The notes beneath the pieces are model-generated. The model did no database searches. It was not told the origin of the DNA and saw nothing but the letters and a program-made list of their open reading frames with translations. 64,000 nucleotides of DNA from the human T2T-CHM13v2.0 reference genome, Homo sapiens. Position numbers and translations under genes: made by a program. The stretch is from the NCBI RefSeq assembly GCF_009914755.1, contig NC_060930.1. One strand, 5' to 3'. Numbering within the stretch: the first letter of the stretch is position 1; each line of letters opens with the position of its first letter. Positions 15,692 through 30,424 of the stretch are shown here, piece by piece.

Positions 15692-18600
15692 ACAATGAGA
15701 ACACATGGACACAGCAAGGGGAACATCACACTCTGGGGACTGTTGTGGGGTGGGGGTAGGGGTGAGGGATAGCATTAGGAGATATACCTAATGCTAAATG
15801 ACGAGTTAGTGGGTGCAGCACACCAGCATGGCACATGTATACATATGTAACAAACCTGCACATTGTGCACATGTACCCTAAAACTTAAAGTATAATAATA
15901 ATTTAAAAAAATGGTGTTGAGTCTTTTTGTTTTAGGAAACAGGAATTTATGGGAAATGTATGCAGTTTTAACAAGAGTGTTGGTGTTTAAAATTACTCTA
16001 GTTGCTTCTAGTCTGTTTGCCATATTTTATTTATTTATAAATTTATATCCTGTTTCACTTTGCTAATCATTTGAGGTGCATTATAATGAACCTGTGCATT
16101 AAAGTAAGATGCATAAATTTGGATAAACTTGAAAGATTGGCTGAAGTGATGATTAATATCCGTATGTATACATCCCAGTGTGGTGTTATACAGCTTCTAA
16201 AGGGAGCAGTAACTTTGCCTTCTTGTGTGACTATTTTGATTTTTCTAGTTCAGTGATTCTCAGTGGGGGGATAGGATGGAGAGGTAGTCCTCCTAGGGTG
16301 TTTATTAGAACGTCGGTGGAGGTTAGTATAGAGTATAGAAAACATTATGCCTTATGTTTTTGAAATATAAACCATAGAATGTAAAGCTTGATCAAGTATT
16401 TGTGGCTGATGGGGATTCATGGAAGATAGAGTAACAAAGTATTGCAGAGGGCTTGACAGAATAACCATTCCCGTGATAGTCTGCAATCACTTTCCAGGCA
16501 GAGACCTTTTCCCATCTTTTTCATGGACTCTCCCATGGCATCTGATACTGGTAATTAAGGCACTTGAATTCAGGTGCTGTTGATTAGCTTGTCCCCAGGT
16601 CTCTGTAAGCTCTTTCCATTTCATTGTAGGCTTTCCCAATTTTTATCATTTCATTAATAGGAACATGCACACTTTCATCACTTTGGTTAGAATATTTAGT
16701 TTGCATTTGAAAACTGCTATAGCTAGTCAGGTATCAGTGATGCTTTTAGACTCATGACAAAGCAAGGTTTGGGGAAAAGTTACTAGCATTTGTTTCATGA
16801 GGTGGTGTCTGATGTGTGACCTGCTGCCTAAGTCAGGTGCTGCTGCATAAGTTGAGGTGGAAGGAAACAGCAGGGAGTGGGCAGCCACGGGGCCATCTTG
16901 TTTGTCACAGAAGCTGGATTGTTGGCACACATGTCTTTGAGTCAACCTGGACTTAAAGTGCTTGTGTGCTGTGTTTGTGTGCATTTCTCTGTCTTTTCGG
17001 TTTCCTCAATGCTGCAGTTGCTTTTATGTTGATCTACTTCTGTAAAATAAATATATTTTTACCTTAGGAGGAGATGCAGTGTTATACCTGAGTTGTATTG
17101 TGTCCTTCGATGGAGAAATATGTACATAAAAAGGGATCATTAATTTCTGGTGTTCTATTACTGACTTGGGCAGTGCATTGATACTTTTTTAGTCTATACT
17201 GGGTTTCTGGTGGATAGTAGATTCTGAATCCTTATCATGTAGTATAGGAAGCCTTAATATGAAGTGTTCAAAAAGGAAACTGATATTTTTCATTCTTTGA
17301 CCTATATGTAAATAAATTGGATTTTAAATCTGAAATTTCTAAGGCGTTTCAATGAGTAAATATTGCTGTCCATGGTGACTATTTTGCATCTCCCACTGCT
17401 GAGTTGATTGACTTAACCTTGGTCACATTAAAGGTGAATGGGTAAGGTTAAACAGATTCTATTAATGTTTCTTCAGTTGGCCAGTTAGGGAAAGGTCAGC
17501 TTTGGCAGCTGTCAGCCTTACAGACAAAGGGTTTCTGTGCTCTCGCAGTCTAGAGTCTGACAGCAGCTTCTAATTTACTTGGATGCTTTTTAAAACCTCC
17601 TTAAGACAGTCAAGAAATATTTCTTATTGGCTTTGCAATACCAGTGGGTCTAATGGTAGGATGCTTTTCATTAGAGTACTACAGAATGGCAGGGACAGTG
17701 AAAATGAGCATTCTTAAAGATGTGGAAGAATATTCTGTGTGTCACAAATGATGACTCTACCTCATATTAAAAAGACCTAGTGTTCAGTTGCTATTTATGT
17801 TCAGGGAAGTGAGGGCTTTTGGGTGAAGGCAAGTGAAGTTGGTAACCTCGTTGCCTCACTAAAAACAAGTACACGTAAAACTTTGAATTACTTCTGTTTA
17901 TTTAAAAGTAGTTTTTCTTATCCTGAGCCTGACATCTAAAATTTGTTTCTCATCCCTTTTAGTTTAAAGCCTTAATTTCTTTTATCTTAGAAATTATTTC
18001 ATGTCATTCTTGGTTGGTAATTACTTTTCAGTGAGGATGAATTCAAGTTTAATTTGTCATTTGTTATTGAAAATGTCAATTATGAATTTATTAGGAGCCT
18101 TTGGAGGCTTTTCTCCAGTTAACATTGGAACATTGAGTTTACGTTGATTTAATAGTTTTAGGTGTATTGAATTTTAAAATACTTTTGGTATTCTGTCTTG
18201 ATTTCTGAGATACTGCAAGTTGGCCTTAAATAGTCATAGTTTTTTGATCATTTTGGCCCTTACTGTGTTGTTTTTATTGTTTATTGGTATAGTTTGGGTT
18301 GTCATAGTTCGTTTCGAATGTGTATTCATTATCATGACCTACTCCATTTCTATTATGTAAAATATGAACATCCCATGCATTGATATACATGACTCTCTTT
18401 ATACCTACCCTCTTGGGTCTCAAGTTATTATAAGCCTATTAACAAGTTGCAAAGCAATTTTTGTGTGATGCCTGCAAAATAGAGAGCTGTGTGTACCTTT
18501 TTATATCTTTTGACACAGAATGAACTTTGATACAGCCAATAAGGAGTCTGGTGGAACAGCTGAGACAGGACACACAGATGTAACAGTAGAACAGGCTAGA

Positions 18601-18788
18601 GAACACATGTGTTTGATAAGCCTGGAAGCTTTTCACAGGGCTTCTGGCAAGCCGTTGACTATGACAGGAGTGAAAATGGAGCCTGAAGAAGAGTGAAGTG
18701 GGATGGTAAAACACACACTCTCAAACACTCTTAGTGGAAATTACGTAAAAGGAATTAGGAGGAACGGGATTAATAATCAGATGAAGAG

Positions 18789-19159
18789 TGTTAAAGAAAA
18801 AAAATTATTCATGTCATTTGTTAAGGATAGTAAGGAAGACTTTATTCAAAGGGGCTACTATAATAGGTTTTTGTAGTAGGGGAGAGAGAGAAGCTGAAGT
18901 TGGAATATGATAGGATAGGTGGGGATTTGGAGCAGGGGTCAGGGTGGATGGAAAATTATTAAGAGGTAGTAAAGTGACCTAGGGAATTTTGCTGAAGGCA
19001 GACCAGGATCATAAGATATTAAAGATGGTCAGACGAAGGGTGGGGGATTTTCCCTAAACTTACTTAGCAGGATTCTCACTGAAACTGAATTAGCAGGCCT
19101 TATCAAGAAGAGGTTTCAGGAGCTTGACAAGAGTTAGGTCAAGGAGAGAGTCTTTGTCA
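18789..19159 (-). mobile_element. ERV1 solo LTR, MER31-like
   Basis: TG...CA termini; minus strand begins TGACAAAGACTCTCTCCTTGACC. Confidence 0.65.
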
Positions 19160-20205
19160 AGTGTCAAACATAACTTCTGAATAGAGAAATAAATTGTTTT
19201 ATGTTCCAAGGCTGTGAAGTAGGCAAGATTGACAGTCCCAGGCAGGGTACTCTCTGAGTGTTGAGTGAATGTTTAATGTCTAGAGAAAATACTAACTGAA
19301 TTCAAAAGATTTATCTCAATTCTGTTTCATAAACACTAGACATCTTTAAGATGAGTATAGCAAAATTGAGTAATTATTTTTTTTCAAGGTTAAATATTAG
19401 ATAATAGGTATATGTTATATATGAAATGAGCTTTTCTATTGAGCTAGATTTGAGGGATTATGCTGCCTTGCAAACTTTTATTTGTTCTGTTTCTAGGGAA
19501 GTTTATGATTTAGAAAGAGCACTGTGTATTTCTGTTACAATTGAATACCTTTCAAAATGATTTAAATGAAGGCATTAACACAGGGCTTCCTTTTTAAAAG
19601 TAAACACTACAAGTATAATACTTTTGTTCTCATAGTGGTTTTTGGCATCAAATTATTATGGAAGCCAACCTGGTATTATTTTATGTATATTTATTGGGCA
19701 GTTACAGTAAAATATTGATACATTTTATATTTGGAGAATGGAGAAAAGTTTATTAAGTTTTCTAGTTAGTTGAGGCCTAACCATTTATGCATATAGTTGT
19801 AAAAATACACCATGGCAGATGGTCTTAGTGACAATATTTTAGAGTTCACAGAATTTGGGTTTTTCTAATCAACCTACAAAATTAGATTCTGCTCATGATA
19901 ATATGGTTTAAGCCTAGAGATGCTATGGCTAAATGTGAAACTTCAAGCTGAATTACCCTTAAAGGCTAAAATTATCATATGCAGAAATTTCCAAAATGAC
20001 TTGTGAAAGTCATTTCTCTTTTTTAAAGTTTTCATATAGCTTTTGAATATAGGACTCTTTGTATTCTTATTGTTGATGGCTTTCCATGCCTATAACTTTT
20101 GCCCTTGAAAAAAAAAGTATGTCTTTAAATGAGCTGAAGTTTCCCCCACACAGAGCTATGTCCTATTTGTTTTATAATGATATATATCTATTTCAATTTT
20201 ATTAA

Positions 20206-20503
20206 TTTTTTTTTTTGAGACAGGGTTTCACTCCATTGCCTAGCTTGAGTGCAGTGACGTGATCTTGGCTCACTGCAACCTTTGCCTCCTGAGTTCAAGG
20301 GTTTCTCTTGCCTCAGCCTCCCTAATAGCTGGAATTGCAGGCATGCGCCACCAGGCCCAGCTGATTTGTGTATTTTTTGTGTTTTTAGTAGAGACGGGGT
20401 TTTGTCATGTTGGCCAGGCTGGTCTCAAACTCCTGGCTTCAAGTGATTCATCCACCTCAGCCTCCCAAAGTTCTGGGTCTACAGGCGTGAGCCACCATGC
20501 CTG
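20206..20503 (-). mobile_element. Alu (AluS/J)
   Basis: T tail and antisense Alu body. Confidence 0.9.

Positions 20504-20546
<43 letters not shown>
20504..20546. repeat. (AT)n(TG)~16 compound microsatellite
   Basis: atatatatatat gtgtgtgtg... abutting the Alu 5' end. Confidence 0.95.
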
Positions 20547-20549
<3 letters not shown>

Positions 20550-20651
20550 ATACATATATATTTATATCCTCAAAGAATGAAATTAATTACACTAAATATA
20601 ATTTTCAGTGTTAAATATTCTCTGTAGTTTACCATTTACATTATGGAATGT

Positions 20652-21280
20652 AGTTTCCAGAAAGGGGTTCTGATCCAGACACCAAGAGAGGGTTCTTGGA
20701 TCTTGTGCAAGAAAGAATTTGGGATGAGTCCGTAGAGTAAAGTGAAAGCAAGTTTATTAAGAAAGTAAAGAAACAAAAGAATGGCTACTGCATAGGCAGA
20801 GTAGCCCTACGGGCTGCTGGTTGGCTATTTTTAAGGTTATTTCTTGATCATATGCTAAACAAGAGGTGGATTATTCTTGAGTTTTCTAGGGAAGAGATGG
20901 ACAATTCCCGGAACTCTGGGTTTCTCCCCTTTTTAGACTATATAGGGTAATTTTTGGATGTTGCCATGGCATTTGTAAACTGTACTGGTGCTGGTGGGAG
21001 TATCTTTTAGCATGCTAATGGATTATAATTAGCATATAGTGAGCAGTAAGGATGACCAGAGGTCACTTTTGTGGCCATCTTGGTTTTGGTGGGTTTTGGC
21101 TGGCTTCTTTAATGCATCCTGTTTTATCAGCAGGGTCTTTAGGACCTTTTGTCTTGTCATAGCCAGTCTTGCTGACCCTTTGTCTCATCCTGTGCCTGAG
21201 AATGCCTAACCTCTTGGGAATGCAGCCCATCAAGTGCGAGCCTCATTTGATCCAGCCTTTGTTCAAGATGGAGTTGCTCT
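20652..21280 (-). mobile_element. MER41B ERV1 solo LTR
   Basis: Reverse complement reads agagcaactccatcttgaac...ccaaaaccaagatggcc...gctaattataatccattagcatgctaaaag...gttccgggaattg...aagaaccctctcttgg...cccctttc, including the MER41B-type inserts. Confidence 0.88.
20905..20913. promoter_or_regulatory. Consensus GAS (STAT1) motif TTCCCGGAA within MER41B
   Basis: Exact TTCN3GAA match; function untested. Confidence 0.55.
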
Positions 21281-21363
21281 CGCTCTACTAGAGTCTTTTG
21301 GCAGTGTTACTCATGGTTTCTGAAGGTGTTCTGAAAAAAGATACTGAGCTTTTAAATGTATAC

Positions 21364-21657
21364 TTTTTTTTTTTGAGACGGAGTCTCACTCTGTCGCCCA
21401 GGCTGGAGTCCAATGGCATGATCTCAGCTCACTGCAACCTCCTCCGCCTCCTGGGTTCAAATGATTCTCCTGCCCCAGCCTCCCGAGTAGCTGGGATTAC
21501 AGTCGCCCACCACCATGCCTGGCTAATTTTTGTATTTTTGGTAGAGACGGGGTTTCACTATATTGGTCAGGCTGGTCTTGAACTCCTGACCTTGTGACCC
21601 GCCTACCTCGGCCTCCCAAAGTGTTGGGATTACAGGCGTGAGTCACCACGCCCAGCC
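21364..21657 (-). mobile_element. Alu (AluS)
   Basis: TSD atgtatac on both flanks. Confidence 0.92.
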
Positions 21658-22499
21658 ATGTATACATTTTTAAAAATTCCATAATCTTTATAATCTTTCC
21701 CTCTTTCCTCCAAGTTCCCTGAAAAGTTAATTCTTTTTGGCTGAAGTCTTGTGTCATGGTCTAGTTCAGAGTCTAGGTCAGATTGCCTTATCCTAGGTCT
21801 TTTGGATGAGAATAAGAACCAGGGATGTGGAGGGCAAATGGAGTTGTAAAGGTAATCATTTTGTGTTCTCAGTCTTTGAGTGGCTTAATCTGAGTTACAA
21901 AGGGAGGAGGAAGTAGTTGCGTAACAAATCCATTTGGTCCAGGCCCTGTGAATATATCCATTCTGCTACTCCCCACCCCTCTGAAGGCATACAAAGGACA
22001 ACAGCACAGTTAATACCCCTATTCTGGACTTGTCTCCATTTATTCTCTGCTTGCTTCTGTTTGTTTATCTCCATGACTTTCAAATACCTTGTGCTGTACT
22101 TCGGCTATTGATACCTGCCTCCTGTCTGGCTTTGTTTCCTGTTCATCTCTGGTCAAAGTGTGCTCTCCCCATTCCAGGAGAATCCTTCTGTTATCTTGGA
22201 GCTTAATAGCCAAATATATTCCAATTCCCTTTAGTTGGTCCAAGGAATAAGGCTTCTGTATGAATATTGGAAAACCCAGAGGACTGTTTCCAGACTTGGA
22301 TGGGGTCCTTGTTTTCTAAAGGAGGAATATTTATTGATGACTGTATAAGTAGTGGACTTATTAAGGTTTAGATTTATCTGGTGATATAAGGAGACTGAGG
22401 AGAGATTATCACTAATAGCTAACATTTGTAATGTGTTTGTTAAGTGCCAGGCACTTTGGTAAATACTTCACATGGGTAAAAAAATTTAACTTCTTCTTC

Positions 22500-22783
22500 T
22501 GTGGTAGAGACAGTTTTGCTCTGTCGCCTAGGCTGGAGTGCAGTGGTGTGATCACAGCTCACTGCAGCCTTGAACTCTTGGGCTGAAGTGATCCTCCCAC
22601 CTCAGCCTCCCAAGTAGCTGGGAATACAGGCGCATGCCACCCTGCCTGGCTAATTTTTTCTTTTATAGAAATAAGTTCTTACTGTGTTGCCTAGGCTGGT
22701 CTTGAACTTCAGGCCTTAAGTGATCCTTGCAACTTGGCCTCCCATAGTGCTGGAATTACAGGTGTGAGTCACTGTGACCAGCC
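22500..22783 (-). mobile_element. Alu (AluJ) inserted in a MIR fragment
   Basis: Antisense Alu flanked by MIR-like gtgccaggcact and gaggaaactgaagctcag. Confidence 0.85.
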
Positions 22784-23787
22784 AGGTTTATGTAATTTAA
22801 TCCTCACAACAGCTCCATGAGGAAACTGAAGCTCAGACAGGTTAAGTAACTTTCCTTAAAATTAGTCTTCTAAATATTTAGAGATGTATAAGTCACAAAG
22901 CATGTTACTAAATATATGAGTAGATTTCTTCACAGCTTAACTATTGAAATGAAGTGGAATAGATGCTGACATTTAAGGTGACAGGGCCCATCAAAAGTGC
23001 TATACAAACACAGGTGTGAGTTTAGAGATTTACATTAGTTTCGGAAATTAAAGCATTAACTATAATTTTACTGAGATGTTTCATTTTAGCTGACAGTTGT
23101 TGGCAGGAATGGAAACCAAATATATTAAATATACCATTGGTAGCTTTCTCGGTATAATATTGCCATCTCTAGGGAAAACATTATATTCATCCAACTTAGT
23201 CGTTGAGGGGTTTGTTTTCTAGCCCGTAGTTTTTCTATGCCCTTTTTGTTTTTCTTCTCTGCTACCTTTTGTTTATCTTTTTAAAAACATTTTTCAGATC
23301 ACATTGTATATTTTAGTTCATGTTCAACAATTAACTCATGTATAATATTCAAAGATCAGTGTAAATCAAAATCCAGGCAGTAGGTAAAAAATATATTTTT
23401 AAAATTTTAAATTAAGTTTTATCAGGCAGTAGATTTTGTACTTGAAGTGGGAGTCATTATTTTAATAGGCCAGGAAAAGAAAAGTTATGGACTTGAGTTG
23501 GTTTTTTTTACTATCTCACAAGAGAGATGCCATAGAGGAAAGCCTACTGTTTCAAACTGAGCCTTTCACAAGGATGGCTTGTTGGTTCAGTCCAGTAGTT
23601 CTGGACTATAGGGGTTATAGTCACCCCTGCTGGATATTTTGGCCATCTTTATGGTATTTTTGGTGTTTGTAAAAATGATTGGCAAGTCCAACAGGTGTTT
23701 AGTAGACAGGAGATGGGGATGCTGGTGCATTTACAGTGCACTGAGTAGTTCTGTACAACCACAGATTTTCCCACATCCTTCCTGCCC

Positions 23788-24083
23788 TTTTTTTTTTTTT
23801 TTTTTTTGAGACAGAGTCTCTCTGTTGCCAAGCTGAAGTGCAGTGGCGCGATCTCGGCTCACTGCAACCTCTGCCTCCCGGGTTCAAGCTATTATCTGCC
23901 TCAGTCTCCCAAGTAGCTGGGACTATAGGTGTGTGCCACCCCGACCAGCTAATTTTTGTATTTTTAGTAGAGACGGGTTTTCACCATTTTCGTCAGGATG
24001 GTCTTGATCTCTTGACCTGGTGATCTGCCTGCTTCGGCCTTCCAAAGTGCTGGGATTACAGACGTGAGACACCATGCCTGGCC
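23788..24083 (-). mobile_element. Alu (AluSc-like)
   Basis: T tail; caggatggtcttgatctcttgacc. Confidence 0.9.
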
Positions 24084-26169
24084 TCCTTTTTGACTTTTTA
24101 TATTCATGTGAACAACAACAGAAACCCAGAAACCAAAAAACTAAACTGTTTCTAATTATCTGAATCTACAACTAAACACTGTTCTATAAATCAACACAAA
24201 ATATTTTTCCCCCATATTTTTGGTATACCCTCATTGTTCCTGGACTCCAACTAGCCTATGAGTTGAGGAAGATAATACTTTGTTTCGTTCTGAGTGTTTC
24301 TGAGTTCGCTTTTTTGACAAAGAACATCACTGATGTGGTATTTGAAACACCAATGCACACACCGTGTCAGTTTGCATTGGTAGGTGGGTTATTCCCGATG
24401 TTTTTGCTGATGGGTATGGTATCTAACTACTTGATCATGTAGTCTAGGGCACTGTGTCTGATCAATTATGTATGCCACTATTTTTTTGTTTTAAATTTTT
24501 AAATATTTTATATATATTTAGTTATGGAATTCTATTGATATTAAAAAATTGTGAATTTTATTTTTGGATAGTAATACAAGTATTGCAACATATTTTAAGT
24601 ATTAAAATATTTAAAGAAGCATTGGGTCTGATCAGGTTGTTAACCACTAGTTCCACCCAAGGTGTGTTTCTTTGCTTTGCAGATTCTCAGGTATGATTCT
24701 GTTACATTCTTGCGTGTAGTATTATTAGCCCTGACTGTAGCATATTTCTTATTTTTTTTGTCTTTTTGGAAGATTTAAAGTAGTTTTGGCTTACAGTTCT
24801 ACTTTTCTTTTTTAACACTTTTCTCTTTTTAAAAAAAGATATTGTTTGCCTTGCTAATACTAAAGTAGCTTTCACTGCAGTCACATTGTTTTCATAACTC
24901 AAGTTATATCTGGATATTTTCCTATTTTTTGTAAAAACAAAAAAAATCTTCTTAAACCTTCAATATGACTTACTTTCAGTACCCTTAAGAACTTATTAGC
25001 AAAGCAGATGAAGGAAAGAGCCCAAAGCAAAAATAATAATAATAACTTCTTCTTGGACCCCTTCATATACAGAGTTCAAAGCTCTTCATTTCTTGTGAAT
25101 GCAGAGCTTCCCAGAATCCCTGTGGAACAGGGCAAGCTAACCTCTCAGATAGGAAGGATTAAGACTGATTGTCTGTTTACAGATTTTTTGGTGGGGATAT
25201 TCAGTTCTTTCTATTTCCCTTGGAGAGTTCTTCATAGAACATGTAGTGAAGGTGCCTTTTTTTCTGAGCTTGTACTGTTGATATAGTGAGGTTTCTGGTC
25301 TTTGGATCACTTTTGTATAGAATCCTAGAAATCATCCATTTATGACTATGATTTAAAATAGCCAGTCTTGAGGAATTCTAATCATAAAAATAATTCTAAT
25401 TTTCAAAATTAATTTTATTTATTTACATTTTGATGATGTTAGTGTAAAGAAAACCATAGAGAAATCTCACATATCATAAATCACTGAGAGAACTTTGCCT
25501 TTGGATTAAAGGACCGCTGAAATTTAACTTGTCAATCTGCAAGCCTCAAAGATAAATAAACCTCAGGGGAGGCGTAGGAGGGGTGGTTTGGGATGAGATG
25601 AGTAGGTCGGGGTGATCTCTTTCCCTTGCTTCTTTGAGAAGGCTAAGTGCTGCTAGAGCTCTGTTCTGAGGACCAGCTGGTGATAGATGAGCTTCAGTTC
25701 CTTCTTTTTTCCAGCAACAGCAGCCTTAGTGTAATAGTACTTCAGTGCCGCGTGGTTCTTTCTTCCCTTTCCAGCTTGAACACAGACATAGGCCCATCAT
25801 CTCATTTTTTCTAACCACAGTATAACCTTTACTTTTGTGGACGTTTCCTAGATGTCATATATTCTGTTTACTTAACATTATTTTAATGATACCATCTCCT
25901 TTTTTTATTTCAAGGAAATGTGCTCATGTATTTTCCACATTAATCTTGATTCTGGTTTTACATTTTTACTAAAAAGCAGTTTGTCATGGGAAAGAGTGGA
26001 AGATGAGACTAGCAAGATAGGAGGGCAGGAAGGAATTGTGGAAGGTTTTTGAGGATCAGGGTGACATGTTATAATCTAGTATGATGAAGAGAACTGCAAC
26101 AGCTGAGTAAATAAAGGATTGGGGAATTGAGACCCAAGTTGAGACATAAGGTCACCAAGTAATTAATTA

Positions 26170-26393
26170 TAGGCTGAGTATCCCTTATCTGAAATGCTTG
26201 GGATCAGATGTGTTTTGGATTTCTATTTTTTTTCAGATTTTGGAAAGTTTATCTTATACACTTACTGGTTGAGCATCTGAAAATCTGAAATGCTCCAGTG
26301 AGCATTTAACCTGAGTGTCATGTTGATGCTCAAAAAGTTTTAGATTTTGGAGCACTTTGGATTCTGTATTTTCAGGTTTGGATGTTCAACCTG
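26170..26393 (+). mobile_element. Tigger4a (MER46-type) TcMar DNA transposon relic within L2-like sequence
   Basis: Degenerate TIRs (t)aggctgagtatccc ... gatgttcaacctg with internal ttcggatt-like repeats. Confidence 0.8.
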
Positions 26394-27270
26394 TTGAATG
26401 TTGAGACTTATGGTAGAGACCTCTTAGAAGGATATTGCCAGTGTTCAGGTTAATGATAAAGATAATTATTTGTTGAGCAAATAGTGAGTGACCAAATGAA
26501 GGACTGAATGAGGATGTGAACTATATTAGTAGCTGTGAGAATGGAAAGAAGTGGGCAGATGTGGTAGACATTATGGAAATAGCCTAAAGACTTGATGGCT
26601 AATGGAATGTGCAGTGAAGATGACTCCAAGCCATCTGGTATAGAGGACAAGAGTAGTGTAATGTTAGTAATGATAGTGAACATAAAAAAAAAGGAGTATG
26701 TTTTTGGGTTAGGATAGTATATTTGATGTGAAGATATTGCTTGTGAGTGCTATGGGCCAGTAGAGATAGACAGTGGGCAGTTCAAAATGTTAGGTTGAGT
26801 TCAGGAGATCGTTGTTGAAAGTATATAATCACAATATCACAGAAAATAGTATTTGCAACTGTGAAAACAAAGCTTGCTAAGGGAGAGAGGATGAATAAGA
26901 TCTGGGAAAATTAATCTTATAGTAGATTTTTCATGACCCCGTGTAAGTTACTGACCCTTTCAATGCCTCATTTTCTTCTACTATAAAATGAGGAAAATTA
27001 TAGTATCTCCTTAATAGAATTGTTGTGAAATTGAATGGAATCATCTATGTAAATTGCATAGAGCTTGGCAGGCATATAGTAAATACTCATTAAAGGTTAG
27101 CTATCTTATTGTTTATTGAAGGTTTAAAATTAAACAAGTGATCTTATTAGCAGTGATATTTTTATTTCTCAAGTTAAAACTGTTTGGTTTTTGTAGGTGT
27201 GGTTAGTTGTAATCTTGGAACTAATTTTTTGTGATAAATATGTAATTCACGTTTGAGTATTTTTATTTAA

Positions 27271-27577
<307 letters not shown>

Positions 27578-30060
27578 TATTAAAGTGCCCACTTTTCTTG
27601 ACATCCTCTAAGATGTAGACTTTACCCTTGGTTGAATATATGTTTTTCTTTGATTAGAGTGGGGTAAATGAAGGGTGATGATACTCACACTGAATCTTGA
27701 ATTTGACACATTTCTTCCAATGAAAATGGGCTGCAAGGAACCCAGTTGTATCTGGCACCGTTTTTTAGTTTTTTTTTCTCTGACACAGGATTACTGTGCT
27801 GTAGAAGTGTCATTTGGGGGAGCCAAAGCACTGTACTATAATATATATACCAGTCCATTCAGTGTAGAAGGGGAAAAAAAATAGTGTCATGAATTGAAGT
27901 TCATGCTTTTCAGGTGTTTGTATGTTTCTTCCTTCTGCTTTAATAGTAAATGGTTAGAGGGATTTGTTAAATAGTAAATGAATAAAACTAAATGCAGAGC
28001 ACAAATATAGCTAGAATTTTAATTTTTTTTTACATTTGTATTTTAGTTCTATTGATATTTTAAAGGTAATGAGAAATTAGCATCTTCAGTTGGATATGTG
28101 TCATATCCCTTCAAAGCTGTAATTGCTTTAAATTAGACTGTCAATTCCTTGTCTAATTGAGACCCATGGTGAAATCCCAAAAAAAAAAAAAAAAAAAAAG
28201 CAGTCTTTGGATTTTTCCGGTCAGTGAACTGGCTAATATTTTCTGAGTTCCTGTAGATACAAAGCACTGTAAATTATATTTACAATATCACCACTTGAGT
28301 AAGTACTTAAAGAGACAATTTTGGAACTGTTTGGTTGATTAGTGTACATCAGAGCTATTGTTTGGTTTCTCTGGGTAGAGGTTGTTCAGGGATGTAATAG
28401 GATCTGCATACAAATAGATTGCAATTTGTGTTTAGAAAGGATAACTTACTTTTAAAATTCTGTCTCTCCTGATTTTCATTTAGTTTGCTGTATACCACTT
28501 AAAATGGATTAGAATTCATTTTCTTATTCCTGTTTAAAATAACCTTGGCCTGATTATTTTTCTTTTTATTTACCACTCCTCTTGAGACAGGTGTGTGCAC
28601 ATGCACACATACATAAAGAAGATCTACGGTTTTGGTGGTATTTATAGCAGGGAAAAGAGATGATTTATTTGAACTTTTTAGTAGATTACTATCGGTAGTC
28701 TTAGGAAAAGTCTATTTTGGAATTTCACTGCCTCTTTTTTATTTTTTTATTTTTTGGTGAGAGGTTGCTAGAGCAGAGGGGCTGTCTCCAAGACCATGTC
28801 TTCATCAGAAACTGGGGTTTAATAGACGTTAGAAATGGTATATATTTCTTCCACCATCTCTTAAGCTCTTCTGTTTATTACCTGACTTTTGTTTATCAAA
28901 TTCCAGAGTTGCTTACTTTTGTTTTGTTAGCTAATAGGGGTGCTTCGGGTGGGTTAAGAGAAGAAATACTTTTTTCAAAAGTCACCATCATTCTGTGTGA
29001 GAGAGAATGTAATTCCTATAGAGAAAAGTAATTAGTTAGCTTGGTGTGTTGTAATGGCAGCTTTGCTATTTTTTTGTACTCTTTCTCTTTCTTCGTTTCA
29101 CAAAGAAGGTTGACAAGCTACTTACCTTTCTATGAATGCTTTTCTTTAAAACTATATAATTGAATGCCTAGAGAAATGAACCTTGGCTTTAGCAGTACTG
29201 AATGGCAAAAGTGGAAAGAAACTCATTTTTCCCTTCCTTCCTTCCCTACTTCTCTTTCTCCTTCCATGCTTTCCTTCCTTCTTTCCCTGTTTCTTAAAAA
29301 ATGCGATTTGAATCTAGTTTGGGTAAAGTTGACCTGTGGGGAGTTGAATGAGAAAACTGAAATTAAGTATTTTTCTTCTGAGTATTGTGTTAATTTGCTC
29401 CAAATGACAGAATTAGCCTAAATGTTGAGAAGTGCTAAGTTTCAGCAAATGAAATTGAGCTTAATTTGTATTTCTTTATGTTTACTGTGTATGTGGTAAA
29501 ATTAGATAATTAATAAAGGTTTAAAGGGATTCTAACTGATAAACTCACCGTTTCACCTTCTTAAACCTAAGAAGCATAATTTGCCTAAATTATGCAAAAT
29601 GCTAATTAAAGGGTTTAATTTGCTAATCATATCCATTTGATTAGAGGCAGATGCTGATTATCTGCACAATTCTAAATGGACCTTTCAAAGATGGCTTTCA
29701 TTATTTAAAATCAACTTGTCAAATTAAGGCATAAACTTAAGGAATAACAAATACCAGTAGTTAACTATGTACTTCCAGTGTAACGCAGGGCAAGATGATT
29801 CACAAATGCTGTGCATCAAAGACTTGGTGTATTCAATGTCATTATGAATTTCAGTAGTCCCAAAGTTTAAGAGTTGAACTTTGTTTGGCTTTTTTATTGA
29901 GCTTATTAGATTCTGTAGTCATACCTTTGTTGGTCCTTTGGGTCTTTGACTATTTTCCTGGCTCTTTTTTCTTCCTGCTGTGAGTCAGACAGCACAAAGA
30001 GCAGAGGCAGTCTTGTCCATGTGCATTCACACCATGCATAGAAATGGTCAGAACATATCG

Positions 30061-30424
<364 letters not shown>

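Noticed and set aside
28179-28199. Isolated poly(A) run as a retrocopy tail
   Set aside because: No upstream mRNA- or SINE-like body and no clear TSD.
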